From Azolla caroliniana (Eukaryota > Plantae > Polypodiophyta): a DNA stretch of 64,000 bases. The stretch spans positions 16,802,001-16,866,000 of the forward strand of contig JBHGNT010000016.1 in assembly GCA_043228905.1 (NCBI GenBank), given 5' to 3'. Position numbers and translations under genes: made by a program. This document shows positions 12,072-25,600 of the stretch, piece by piece (within the stretch, counting starts at the first letter, position 1; each line of letters starts with the position of its first letter). The notes beneath the pieces are model-generated. The model saw nothing but the letters and a program-made list of their open reading frames with translations, made no database searches and had not been told where the DNA came from.

Positions 12072-15000
12072 TATCAAACAAGAAATTGTATATTACTTCC
12101 AACAATAACTAGAATACAAAAGGTTGGTTTAAATACCAACTAAGCTAGGGCAAGTGCCCTTTCTACTATTTACAAGACTAGCCTGGTATGTCCATGGGCT
12201 AGTGTGAAACCTATCTCTATGGGAAGTTGAGTTCGACTCACAACTCGCCCCTTCGAACACAACTTCCATCTATCGAAGAGTTGTTTCGGTTCGGTCTTCA
12301 GAGTACTTCGATTTGAATGAATCGGCTTCCGGCTGTTGTAATCCTCGAACTTGATTGTTCGGCTTTTTGGCTTCATGCTGCTTGTTCGGCTCGACTACTG
12401 CCATTGTACTTCAACTCGTTTGGTTGGCGTCAATCAACTGATCGGCTACTTCCGTGTTGGCTGCTTATCGGCTGCTTCCGTGTTGTCTGTTGTAATCCCA
12501 CTCAAGCTCGGCAATGTAGATATCGTGAGACCAAGGTCGAATGTGAATTTCCCGAGCTTGTCGACACTTAAGGCCTTTGTAAAGATATCAACAACTTGAA
12601 GGCTCACAAATGAAGTGGTAGTGCACTTCGATGTGTTTAGTCCACGCCTGAAATACGGGGTTGCGAGTGAGGTAGATACTGCTCATGTTGTTGTGGTCTA
12701 AGCAAATCGGATCTTTGATGGGTATGCCCAGATCCTTCACTATGCTCTTCAGCCATATGGCTTCGCATGCGGCGACTGCCGCACCCCTGTATTCAGCCTC
12801 CGTGCTCGACAATGCGTCTGTTGGTTGCTTCGTGCTGCTCCAGGAGATCACTCCGCTGTTGAGGGAGAAGATGAATTCGGATGTTGATCGTCTGTCATCC
12901 TTATATCCGGCCTAGTTCGCGTCTGTGTACCCTTTGAATTGAATAAGCGTATTCGACTTGTATATAATGTTGTAATCCATTGTACCACTAACATACCGAA
13001 GTATCCTCTTAGCACAATCAAGATGGAGATTTCGTGGGTTCTGCATGAATTGGCTAAGGAGGTCGACAGAATAGCTGAGGTCGGGTCGTGTGATGGTTAG
13101 GTAGATGAGGCTACCGATCAGTTGGCGATACTGAGTTGGCTCGCACTCGGATGTGCCGAAATCGACATTGAGCTTGAGATTACAATCAAGAGGAGTAGAC
13201 ACAAGTTTGCACGTGGTCATTCCAAACTTGTAGAGTAAGTTGAGAACGTAGTGCCATTGAGAGATCAGTATCCGAATTGGCTTCTGAATTACTTTGATGC
13301 CAAGAGTAATGGAGCTCGTGCATATCTTTCATTTTGAATCTACTGGATAGAGATGATTTTACCTTATTAATCTCGGCGAGCTCCTTTCCTCCGATCACTA
13401 GATCATCCACGTACATGATGATGACAATTGGGCTGTACGACTCATTTTGGATGTACAACGAGTTGTCTGATTTCGACATTCGAAATCCGATTTGATGAAG
13501 ATACTGAGTGATCTTCGAATGCCAAGCACGCGGTGCTTGCTTAAGGCTGTAGATTGGCATCTTTAGTCGACATACGGCTTTTTGATGAGTACATGATTCA
13601 AAGCCGGGTGGTTGTATACTCTTCCAATTTGACTTCAAGAAAAGCGTTCTTGATGTCCATCTGGTGGAGGTGCCACCCTTCCGCTGCTGCAAGTGCGATT
13701 ACAGTCCGCATAGTTGTCATCTTTTCCACTGGGGTAATGGTCTCTTTGTAGTCGACTCCATGTGTTTGTGTGTATCCTTTCGCTACGAGTCGTGCTTTGA
13801 AGCGGTTTATGGAGCCGTCGGCATTGTGTTTTACCTTGTAAACCCATCTACAAGCAATCGCTTTCTTGTGCGGACAGTGGGGAACGAGATCCCATGTCTC
13901 ATTTTTGCACAGATCTTGCATTTCTTCATTCATTGCGTTGATCCATCACAGATCCTTTGCAGATTTGGAAAAGGTTTCCGACTCCCGTACAGTTGCAACC
14001 TCAATCATAAAAGCGTAATGATACGCCATGTAATCATCGTAGCCAAATCGACTTACAAGGTTATTTTCACGGGTGGAGCGACAACGTTTCTCGTTTGTAG
14101 AGACTAATACTTTGTTGGCTCCATTTGTCCAGATGTCGAGGCCTTAGAAATCACTATCGAGGGTGTGAGTCGATTCGTTGCCATCAAAGTGATCGTCTTC
14201 ATACTCCGGCATTTTTGCCTTCCCTTTGTCTACCTTCAGACTTGGCCAAGATGTGCTTTGATCACTCGGAGGCTCTTGTGGCACACTAAGCCTTGTCATA
14301 ATCGGGCTTTCTTCAAACATGCATGTGAGTTGATCTTCGGCTTCTAGCTCTTGTTGCGCGGAATCCGGGTCAAGCAGGTTCAGAGTCGAAGTCATCTCTG
14401 GTGCGTACCAGGATGCAGACTCGACAAAAACTACATCTCGACTTGTTCGAACTTTTCGGGTAGATGGATTGTAACATTTGTACCCCTTCTATTTGAGTGA
14501 GTACCCTACGAGGATACATTTCTCTAACTTCAAGTCCAGCTTTTGTCGCATCTCGTTGGAAATATGCACGTAGGCGATTGAGCCGAAAATACGCACATGT
14601 GATAACTTCGGTTTCTTTCCAAAAAACATCTCATCCAGGTTATGTCGTGTACCCTTGAAATCGTACACTTGTTCATGAGGTATATGGATGTGTTAACTGC
14701 TTCTGCCCAGTACGATTTTGGTAGGTTTTTTTCATTCATCATCACCCGTGCAACCTCTACAATGTGCTGATTTTTCCTCTCAGCTACGCCGTTTTGCTGA
14801 GTTGCGTGTCGGCACAAGAATTCTCGTCGAATTCCTTCCTTTCGGAGATTAGCCATAAATTCGTTCGAGAAGTATTCCTTGCCTCCATCTGATCAAAGGC
14901 ATCATGAATGATGACCTGTGGCTTTTTCAACTTCATTTTTGAACCTTTGGAAGTGGCTGAACACTTCTCTCTTTTGTCGCATCGGGTAGATCCAAGTATG

Positions 15001-16967
15001 CATGGAGAAGTCATCGATGAACGTGACATAATATCGGCAGCTTCCGAATGTTGCCATCTAGGCCGGTCCCCACATATCTAAATGTATTACATCTAGGATC
15101 TCTTTGCTCACATTTTGCTCTTTCGGAAATGGATGTTGGCATTGTTTTCCGAATTGGCACGCTTCGCACATGCTTGTTATCCGATTACAACCCATTTCGC
15201 TTGCATGTTTTGGAGTTTCTAGAGATTAATGTGGCCAATTCACTTGTGGAAGAGTTTCAAGCCGGTTTCGACTTTGAGGCCTTTTGCATACATTGCTGAG
15301 TTTACCTCGCTTGATTCGAGGATAAACATTCTGCCTTCTCGGCGACCATGCACGATGAGGCGGCCCTCCTTTTTGATGAAGCACCCTTCATCATTGAACC
15401 GTACTTGCATCCCTTGTTCAACGATTTGGCCTACTAAGACCACATTTCTAGTGATAGTTGGGACATGCAGGACGTTTTTGAGATAGGTTTGTTTGCTGTC
15501 GTTCCCAAATGGGACGTTTTCGATATGACATATTGAATGAGTCGTGTCATCACTTGTTTCGACATATCAGGGTAGTTCGGGCTTTTGTAATTCTCTAAAC
15601 CAATCTTCATGCAACATCATATGATTGGATGCTCCTGAGTCAACAAACCATACATTATTTGAGGGCGTGATGCTTGTTTCACCTTTTGTCGACATTGAAT
15701 GCGCTTTGTGCGTCATCATAAACATTCTGCTATGATCGTCGTAGTCGGAATTCGATGCATAGTTCGTGAGCTATCGGCTGGTTGAAGCCGACTCTCGCTT
15801 CTTCTTTTGGCACTCCTCTTTGTAGTGGCCAAGTTCTCCACAATACCTTTATTCAATCGGGCTGTTACGATTGCTTGGTCCAGTAGGATGACTCCCCATT
15901 CTGCCGAACTCTCTAGGGTTACTCTTGTCCTCTTGCCATTGGCGGGCGTTATGCTCTTGGGTCTGTCTACCGTGTCTGCCTTGTCCGAATCAACCTCCAT
16001 TTCCACGTCCAAAACATCTTCTATCATCGGACTGGGAGTAGAGCATATGACCCTCTGGTGCGTTGCTCCTTTGCCGGGCATGATTTTCCTCGACCAATAG
16101 TATCAATTGGAAATTGAAAAAGGAAGGAGGGTTCTCCCTCGCAAGGATGGCCAACCGGATCGTGCTGAATCATGGTGCTAAGCCGCCGAGACATATCTGC
16201 ACCATTTCATCGTCATCGATGATGACATTAATTGATCCAAGAGCATCGCATAACTCCTTGATCTTTAGGGTAAAGCCGGTAATCGACATGTCCCTTTGTT
16301 GTATGTTGTTTAGCTCCTGTCAAAGTTGGAGCTCGCTTGCAACCGTATTTGCCACGAAGATCTTTTTGAGGTTGCCCCAAGCTTCTTTCAGCATTTTTGC
16401 CTCTCGAATGTAGCCAAGCATGTGATCATGAACGCATGATGCAAGGCAGTACAACACACGGCTCGTGGCCTACTTCCAAGTTGGGTAGTCGGCGTGTGTT
16501 GGGTTGGGTTGCGTTTCGTAGGGACCTCAATATAGCTCTAGTAGCCTTCTCCGACAAGATATTGATGCATCTTGTACTCCCAAGATGCAAAGTTTGTTCG
16601 ATCTAGCTTCTCTATAGGAAGAGCGCTTCCCATCTGCGTGAACGTAGGCTTAAACACAACCCATGTGAAGCTGATGAACTTGGATCAAGTCACCACACGC
16701 TCTGATACCATGTAAAGAATCGATAAGGATTCAACGCAACAAAAGGACTCTGTGTGTGTGCACGTAAGACAAGCAGAGAGAGAGACAGAAAGATATCAAA
16801 CAGGAAACTGTATGTTACTTCCAACAGTAACTAGATTACAAAAGGTTGGTTTAAATACCAACTAACCTAGGGAAAGTGCCCTTTCTACTATTTACAAGAA
16901 TAGTCTAGTATGTCCATGAGCTAGTGTGAAACCTATCTCTATGGAAAATTGAGTTCGACTCTCGACA
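11959..16967 (-). mobile_element. Copia element B, full length but degenerate, inserted in the 3' LTR of C
   Basis: LTRs at 11959-~12245 and 16711-16967, TSD ATGAG, PBS-Met at 16699-16710. Confidence 0.92.
12580..16620 (-). pseudogene. gag-pol: Disrupted gag-pol of Copia B
   Basis: WFVDSGASNHM, QQNGVAERKNQHI, WVYKVK..KARLVAKGY, MYVDDL and EAEYRGAA, with many stops and frameshifts. Confidence 0.9.
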
Positions 16968-17689
16968 ATGAGAAATAGGTACAACCTGACTCATCCGGTG
17001 ACAAAGTTGGCGCTTCCGAGGACACATACACAGACACATAGAAGATGACCCTATGTTTGGGAGCGTACGGGCTTCCTAAGCGAGCAGAGCCATCACCGAA
17101 TCAACACAGAGTAGCAATAGAGAGAGAGCTTGACACTCAAACCGACAACACTTCATTCTCCAATCGTGGATACTCCAACAGACCCCAAACCTCCCCTTTC
17201 ATAAGACAAGTGGAGATCGTTACATCACGATTAAAGGAAACCATTGCTGTTAGGGATTCCCCTTGATTTCCTCATACTAAAATGTTCTTTACTCTTTCTA
17301 TGTGTGGGGGCATAAAGTACCCCTTTCATTAGCCTACCTAATACATAAGCATTTAACACTTATTTACAATTTAGCCCTACGACCCTTGTTTTTGTGCCTA
17401 TTGACACACCCCCATTCCCACACTTTGCTCGATCGGTCCTTAATCCCGCGTCAGAAACCTTGATCACACGCTCTTTACCCCCTTTTTCGTCGCGTAGCTC
17501 GGAATCTGCACAGCATCCACCCCCACCAAACTGCACATCCTCTGGCATGTGCCAAGTAAAGTAGCGGTGGAGATTCCCGACCAGCCTCTACTCATCCTTG
17601 TCTGATCTGTCACCCTGTTGGCTCTCGTCCATCTCACCGTCTTCACCCGCACCTCCGACATCTGCTTCCGGGTCAAGTTCCAACTTGCA

Positions 17690-19742
17690 CTACCTCTTAA
17701 AGGTGTTTACCCACTTCCCCACAACCAGAATAACAACCTTCATACCATCAAGCTCCGTTAGTTGGTAGGTCCCATTGTCGTTCACGCTTGTCACAACATA
17801 TGGCCCGAACCACTGTTTCGCAAACTTCCAGGCTGACCAGTGTTGGTTGTCTAGGTAGCTATCGTACACCAACACGTAATGACCTTCCTCAATCTTCTTT
17901 GGCCAGAGCTGGTGAGTTTGGTCAAAGTGTCCTTTATTCATCTTCTGCACCTCTTCTAGTTTCGTCGTCGCCTGCTCGATGCCCTTCGGCCTCCGCTTGA
18001 GTTGGCATATGCGCACTACTAGTAGCTCCTCCCGGCTTATTTCTTTGGCCCAATCAATCGCCACCCATGACAAGATTGTCTGTTGTATTGGGATAACTGG
18101 CTTTTGCTCGAATATGAGCTCTGGTGGCATATATCTAGTTACTAAATTGTGTGTAGGTCGGTCCACAATGCATAAGGCAATAGTTTTGGCGAATTTTTGG
18201 CCCGTCCTTCGCATGCCCTTGCCAATGCTTTTATGATTGGACTGTGCCTAGGCTCAACCTTCCCGTTGGCTTCCGGATTGTAAGCCATTAAGGGAAAGTT
18301 TGACCTCCAATTAGTCGAATAGCTCTTCTACTTCCTACGCGATCGTGGCCGACCAGGTATCTCATTTGTCCTACCCCCATAGGCATCTTCACAAGGTTGA
18401 CTGTCCACTTGAAGTGAACGACTGGCGGGTAGGTTGGATGTAACAACTCGTCTCTGTGCCGGATTTCGAAATGCATCTGACAACTCTCGCACGTCGTCAT
18501 GAAGTGGTGCACATCCAGATACATCCCCGACCACCAGTACTTCTCCTTCAACTTTTCGAATGTGGCCCATGTGCTCTGGTGCCCAGACCAAGGGCTTTCA
18601 TGGAACTCCGACACGAGCATCGTCTGCTCCCTCCTCTTTGTTACCACCCAGAGTGGTGTTTCAGTTCACTTCTTCTGTTGTCTCTAGATTTTACCGTCCC
18701 GGAGGAAGAATCGGTAAGCCTTCCTTCAGATCCGACTTGCCTCGTCCCTCATCCATGCCGCATCTAGCACCGTTGTTCTCAGAAATCCATCGTAGTCATT
18801 CTTGTTGAACTCATTCAGTGCTAGAGGGCTCATTCCCTTTGCCGATATTCGAGCTGACTCGAAGAAGTCTTGTAGTTCTCATCATCGAACCTTGCTCTCG
18901 AAAGCATGCCGGCCATGACGTTATCCTTTTAGGAGATATGTCAGATCTCGTGATTCAGGGACTTAATGTACGCGATCCACCTGAGCATTGCCAGGTCCGG
19001 AGTCATGCATCCGGAAATCATGCCGAGAAGTGGCAAGTAGTCTATCCTGATTATAACTTCCGCCCCTATCAAGTAGTCTTTGTCGGCCTTAACCGCCGAA
19101 ACGATACCCAAGGCTCACGTTTAACTTGGGCGTATCCTTGTTGCTGCTCACTCAACACCTTCACGTCGAACTAGATGGGGAACCTCGTACCATCTTCGTC
19201 TTCCTGATTAACCACCCATTTGATTCTGGTCCGACGCATGTCTACCATAACAAAAACCGGAGTGCCCGTTTTTAAAATGCTTTCCGGAGAGCTGATGCTA
19301 TAGACAATGCCTCTTTCAGTCTCAAAAATGCTTTCGTGTGCACTTCTTTCCATTCAAACCTTCAACCCTACTTCAGCAGCCCGTAGAGTGGCTCCACAAT
19401 GTGTGCGTAGCGTGGGATCCAAATGTGGTAGAAGGCACATGCTTCGAGGAATCATCAAAGTTCTGTGACTGACTTGCAATCCTCCTTCTATAGACAATGC
19501 CTCTTTCAGTCTCAAAAATGCTTTTGTGTGCATTTCTTTCCATTCAAACCTTCGACCCTACTTCAGCAGCTCGTAGAGCGGCTCCACAATGTGTGCGTAG
19601 TGTGGGATCCAAATGTGGTAGAAGGCACATGCTCCGAGGAATCGTCGAACTTCTGTGACTGACTTGCAATCCTCCATTGTTAAGATGGCCTCTACCTTCG
19701 CCGGAGATGGTTTCCAACCGTATGGTCCGCATAGGTGCCCCA
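17690..19742 (-). pseudogene. pol: C: RT C-terminus, RNase H and integrase (degenerate)
   Basis: EVRRFLGAC, EFHESPWSGH..CESCQ (HHCC), YNPEANGKVE, WFGPYVV. Confidence 0.85.
19298..19678. repeat. ~190-bp tandem duplication within C pol
   Basis: CTATAGACAATGCCTCTTTCAGTC... starts at both 19298 and 19488. Confidence 0.9.
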
Positions 19743-21951
19743 TGTTGAATATGAGTCTCTAATGGACCTAATTACTTTGTCTTTTTTGTACACACTAGGT
19801 ATAGGTTATTTATGTAAATAGTGAGAAGGATATGTAAATAGTGAGAAGGATAGTTGCCCTAAGTTAGTCAGTATATAAACTGACTTTGTAACCTAGTTTT
19901 GTTGTTGTTGAAAATATAGTTGATCTTGTGTCTAACGTCTCTCTCTTGCGATTGAGTTGTTTTTTTTCTTTTTTGCCTCTGTTGCCATCAATATACCTTG
20001 CTTGTATCTGTTTATGATCTTCTCTCTAGAAGAGTGTTGATTTGTTCCGCACTAGACGACAACGTTCCCAACATCTAGTATTAGAGCTTGAGGTTCTTTC
20101 GATTCTTCTCCCACTGTCTATCCCCCCTCCATCAACAACTCTTCCCTAGTACACCGTGAAGATGTCGGTTGGCAACTCTCTACAAAATCGTTCTCGCAAA
20201 GAGAAACACTAGCAAAATTTGCACTCCACTATTCTAAATCACCATTGAAGTGAGCCAATCGGTTGCACCTCACTCTTGTGATAGTAGCCGCTTAGAGCGA
20301 GATTTCGCTTCACAAGCTCTACTTCAACCGTACTACATTGGATTAGACGACAATAGACGAGGTCACCTGACGCTAGCCACTCACTCGTCGTAATGACTCA
20401 TAATAGTATGGGCTTTAGGAACAACCCCAATCGGTGCGTCATTTGGCTGAACGACATTCGGGAGGACGAGTCAGCTCCGTCCCTCTCATCGTTATAGTCA
20501 CCTGAAGTAGGATTGGCTTGGAAAAATGGCACAAAATCTATGATCGATATTTCAAAATTGGCATTGGAATTGATTCAACGGTTAATTGTTCTCAACTCGG
20601 CTAGGCGACATTTGGGAAGACCAATCCGCTCTGTCCCTCCAGTCTCCATAGTCACTCTGAGCAAGTTTTTTATGTAACTTCCATTTGAAATCGAAATTAG
20701 CAAACTCGGGTCCAATTCGACTATGTTGAGTGACTGTAGTCACTCCAGACAGAATTTGCCAATAGTCGAGTTGATTTGACTCTGTTCAATTCCTGCTAGA
20801 AGAACATCAAAACCGATTGTTGTGCACTCAAGGAAAAGAACGATAAGTCTCATCGAGCTGATCAAAAGAATGGCCGACATGAGGAGGTCAATTATGTTCG
20901 CATCTCAGTCGAAGTACTTTCAAGCGACCCGAACATACTATCTATTCAGAACCTAGTTGAACTAAAAGTTCTGCTTACGGATGAGGAATCGAGCACATGG
21001 CTCTTGGATTCGGGTGCATCCATTCATGTGACCTCTCATCGATCCCAATTTTTGCGATACTCTACCTAACATTCTGACTCAGTTCGAGTTGGAAATTCGT
21101 AGCTCTATGCGATTACAAGAATCAGCACAATAGAGCTCAACTTCCGGGTGGCTTTACATCGGTACTACACAATGTTCGACATGTACCTGAGCTCTCAAGA
21201 TCATTGATCTCAGTCGGACAATTGGACGAAGATGGCATCCATGCCAACTTCTCATCAGGAGGGTGGACACTCCACAAGGGGAACCTCCTGCTTGCTCGAG
21301 GACCGAAAATACATTTGTTGTACCTATTATATGTCACACTAAGAGAGGGTGAAATTCTCCTTCTAGGATCATCGGTTCTGCGAGCATTTCCAGTATGACA
21401 AACATATAGCCGCGACACACCTCGCATATGCCCCAAGAGAATCGAGTCCACTCGATTTCGTCTACTCGGACGTCTGTGGCCCTATGCCACATCAGTCTCT
21501 CGGCGGTGTGTTGTACTTTGTCAGCTTTAATGATGACTCGACTCGAAAGATGTGGGCTTATCCAATCAAAACCAAAGATCGCGTGTTCTCGATTTTTTCC
21601 GATTGGCTCGCTATGGTAAAAAAGTAGTTTAGATGAAAACTACAATGCTTTTGGACCGACAACAGAGGAGAATTCAAATAAGAGGAATTTGTCAAATCTT
21701 GCCGAGAACGTGGCATAAGACATGGATTTACGACACCCTATAGTCTGGAGCAGAACATAACTGCTGAGAGGATGAATCAGACAATTCAAGAAAGGATAGT
21801 TTCCATGCTCCACCACTCCGGACTGTCAGATGGCTTCTGGGCAGAGTCCCTACTTATATTAGTACACATAATCAACATGTCGCCGAGTAGACCTCTAGGA
21901 CTTCAAATGCCTCAGGAATTACGGACTGACATCAAGCCAAATTATAACAAG

Positions 21952-22591
21952 TGTTGAAATTCCGTGCTCGGCCACAACCGAGGAACAGGATCAATTCACA
22001 GAAAACGGGAAATACAAGAATGCACGAAAAACAATAGAGAGAAGAGTACACATGATATTTTACGTGGAAAACCCTAAATGGGAAAAACCATGGGAGTCCT
22101 CAAACTCCAACTATCACTATGAACAGAGATGTACAATGGTGAAGCTTCAAGGCAACTACCTTGAACTCACTGTCTTCGCCACAGGCGGCGGTAATACACA
22201 GAGGCAACGACCTCTTCGTCTCTCTCTCTCTCTCTCTCTCTCTCGGCTGCTCTCTTTTCTCTCTCTGAGTGAAAACAGAAAAATAAGCAACAACACTAAA
22301 CTGTTTGCCCTAAGTCATATTTATACACATACGACTTTCAGGCTATTTTACAAATATAGCCTCAAGGGCCCTTGGCAAACATATTCACAAATATGTCCCC
22401 GCATCCGGATCTCTCTCCGGGTACATTCATCATCCGGCTCCGTAGCCGGGGTCTTCATCATCCGGCTCCGTAGCCGGGTCTTCATCCGGCTTCATGCCGG
22501 GTACTCTTCATCCTCCGGTTCCGTAACCGCAACCGGGCTTGCCGTCATTCGTCTCTGGACATCCCATCCGGAGGGACCGAAAATCCCAACA
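21952..22591 (-). repeat. 3' LTR of F (640 bp)
   Basis: TG...CA direct repeat of 26707-27406. Confidence 0.97.
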
Positions 22592-22601
22592 ATCTCCCCC
22601 T

Positions 22602-25600
22602 TCACTTCGGCATGGGATGTCTCTCCAATCCGATCCTCTTCCGGCATGCTTCCAGCTTGTCGGGTGTGAGCACCTTGGTCAGCATATCCGACCCGTTCTC
22701 GTCCGTGTGGATCTTCGTCAGCACGAACTCCTTGTCTTCTATCCTTTCCCGGATCCAGTGGTATCTACGCTGGATGTGTTTCGTCCGGGAATGGTAGGCC
22801 GCGTTCTTCGCAAGGTGGATGGCACTCTGACTATCACAGTAGAGTCGGTACTCCTCCTGCCGGATACCGAGTTCTCTAATGAAGTCCTTCATCCATATTA
22901 TTTCCTTGCCGGCTTCAACAGCCGCCATGTACTCCGCCTCCGTGGTTGACAACGCAACCGTTTTCTGCAGCCTCGACTGCCACGAAACAACTCCCCCTGC
23001 ATACGTCATCACATACCCTGATGTGGACCGGCTGGTATCTGCATCAGCCGACATATCCGAATCGGTAAAGCCGTCGAGTTCGGGCTTACCGGAGCCGAAT
23101 CGAAGGCACACGTTTGTTGTGCCTTTCAGGTATCGGAGTATCCATTTGACCGCGTTCCAATGCTCCTTGCCGGGATTACTCATATACCGGCTCACCACTC
23201 CGACTGCGTATCCAATGTCCGGTCTTGTACACACCATTGCGTACATCAAGCTTCCGACGGCAGAGGCATATGGTACTTTCATCATGTCCTCCTTCTCAGC
23301 CTTTGTCTTGGGGCTTTGCTTGCTGGACAACTTGCAGTTTGCCGGGAGGGTTGACCCGACCGGTCTTGCTTCCGACATGTTGAACCGGTGAAGCACCTTT
23401 GTCACGTACTTCTCCTGTGACAGCCACAACTGCTTCTTCCTCCGGTCGCGGATGATGTGCATCCCTAATATTTGCCTCGCCGGACCCAAGTCCTTCATTG
23501 AGAAGGTTCGGTGAAGAGCCTTCTTCAGCATCCGTATCTTGACCTGGTCCCGTCCGACGATCAACATGTCGTCCACGTACAGGAGGAGTATTAGAAAGTT
23601 TCCTCCTTCGAACTTCTTCACAAACACGCAGTGATCGGACTGCGTTTTGTGGTACCCTTCGTCGGTCATGAAAGAGTCGAACTTCCGGTACCATTGCCGG
23701 GGAGCCTGCTTCAGTCCGTAAAGGCTCTTCTTCAACCGGCATACCAGGTGCTCCTTCCCTTTCTTCTCGAATCCTTCCGGTTGCTGCATGTAGATCTCTT
23801 CTTCGAGGTCACCGTGAAGGAATGCCGTCTTCACGTCCATTTGTTCTACCTCGAGGTCCATGCTTGCCGCTATGCTCAGCACCGTCCGGATGGAGGTCAT
23901 CTTCACTACCGGGGCAAATATCTCGTCGAAGTCGACGCCCTTCTTCTCCTGAAACCCCTTCACCACGATCCTGGCTTTGTATCTCGGGGGGTTTCCGGCA
24001 TCTCCCGGTTTCAGCTTGAACACCCACTTGTTACGGAGTGCCCGTTTTCCTTTCGGCAGCTCCACAAGTTCATATGTGTGGTTCTCATGCAGGGAATCCA
24101 TCTCCTCCTGCATGACACTTAACCACCTGCGGCTATGGGTGTCATGCTTCGCTTCTTCAAAGCTTTCCGGCTCCCCTTCGTCGGTCAGCAGCACGTGCTC
24201 TGGTTCCGGAAATCTCCGGGGGGCCCTTCTCTCTCTTAGAGGATATCTCCGTTCCGGAGCTTCGGTAACCGGCTCCTCCGTTTCCTCTTCATCCGAATCC
24301 ATTTCGGGATCGGGGCCGGTTCCGGTATCAGTTTCATCTTCCTCGGCCGGTTCTGTTTCTACACCGTCTTCGGCCGGATCCTCGAGTGCTAACCGGTCCC
24401 TTGCCGGTCGGGACTGCTCCTTGTAGAGTTGATCCTCACCGGTCGACTTGGAGCTCTTCATCTTCTTCTCCGACTCCCAGTCGGTGAGTGTCTTGTCCTC
24501 CATGAAGATGATATCTCGACTCCTGAATATCTTCTTGTCGACCGGGTCCCATACTCGGTAGCCGAACTCGTCGTCGCCGTAGCCGAGGAATATGCATGGC
24601 CGGGTCTTTGGATCTAACTTTCCTCTCCGGTCCTTTGCCACATGCACGTATGCGAGACACCCGAACACCTTCAGATGCCGGTAGGACACTTCCTTACCGG
24701 TCCACATTCTCTGTGGCGTGTCTCCATCCAGGGGTACTGAGGGAGATCTATTTATCACATATGTCGCCGTCGACATTGCCTCAGCCCAAAATCCCTTGGG
24801 TAATTTCGCATGCGCCAGCATACTCCGGACCCTCTCCATTATGGTCCGGTTCATCCTCTCGGCCAGCCCGTTCAGTTCCGGCGTCTTCGGCACAGTAAAC
24901 TCGAGCCGGATTCCCATCGAACGGCAATACTCCTCAAATTGCCCTCGGTATTCTCCTCCGTTATCCGCTCGTAGTGCTTTCAGTTTCTTGCCGGATTCTC
25001 TTTCCACTCTCGCGTGGAGTTCTTTGAAGACGGACAATACTTGGTCCTTTGTCTTCAACGGTGCCGTCCACAGCTTCCGGCTGTGGTCATCAATGAATGT
25101 CACGAAGTACTGGGCTCCGCCATGTGACTTCGTTTCTACTTGACACACGTTAGTGTGCACCAACTCCAGTGGTGCGCTACGTCTCGTCGGTGGCCTTGAG
25201 TGGAAGGAGGTTCGGTTCTGCTTACCGGCCAGGCAATCGGTGCACTTCTCCAGGTGCACATGCTTCACTGGAATAAGGTTGTCTTCTGCAAGCCTCTTCA
25301 TCCCCTTCTCACTCATGTGACACAGTCTCTTGTGCCACAGCTCACCGGCAGTATCGGCTGCCACGTTCAGCTCCTCCGGACATAGCCGGGAATTCATCAG
25401 GTACAGTGTGTTGACCTTCCGGGCCCGAGCCACTATCAGGCTTCCTTTGTTGAACTTCATGACACCGTTCCGGATGCTACCCGTGTAGCCTTCATCGTCT
25501 AGCCTCCCGGCCGAAATCAGGTTCAATCGAACCTCTGGAACGTGACGGACATCCTTCAGCAGCATCTTGCATCCGGTTGATGTCATCAGCCACACGTCTC

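Larger units (their letters stand above)
11636..17515 (-). repeat. 3' LTR of C (~870 bp once Copia B is removed)
   Basis: 11670-11915 resembles 33814-34060, and 17454-17515 resembles 34066-34126. PPT-like TTTGGTGGGGGTGGA at 17516-17530. Confidence 0.82.

Noticed and set aside
22052-22669. ~200-aa plus-strand ORFs here and at 26819-27415
   Set aside because: Antisense frames through the F LTRs, inflated by (CT)n and tandem repeats. No recognisable domain.
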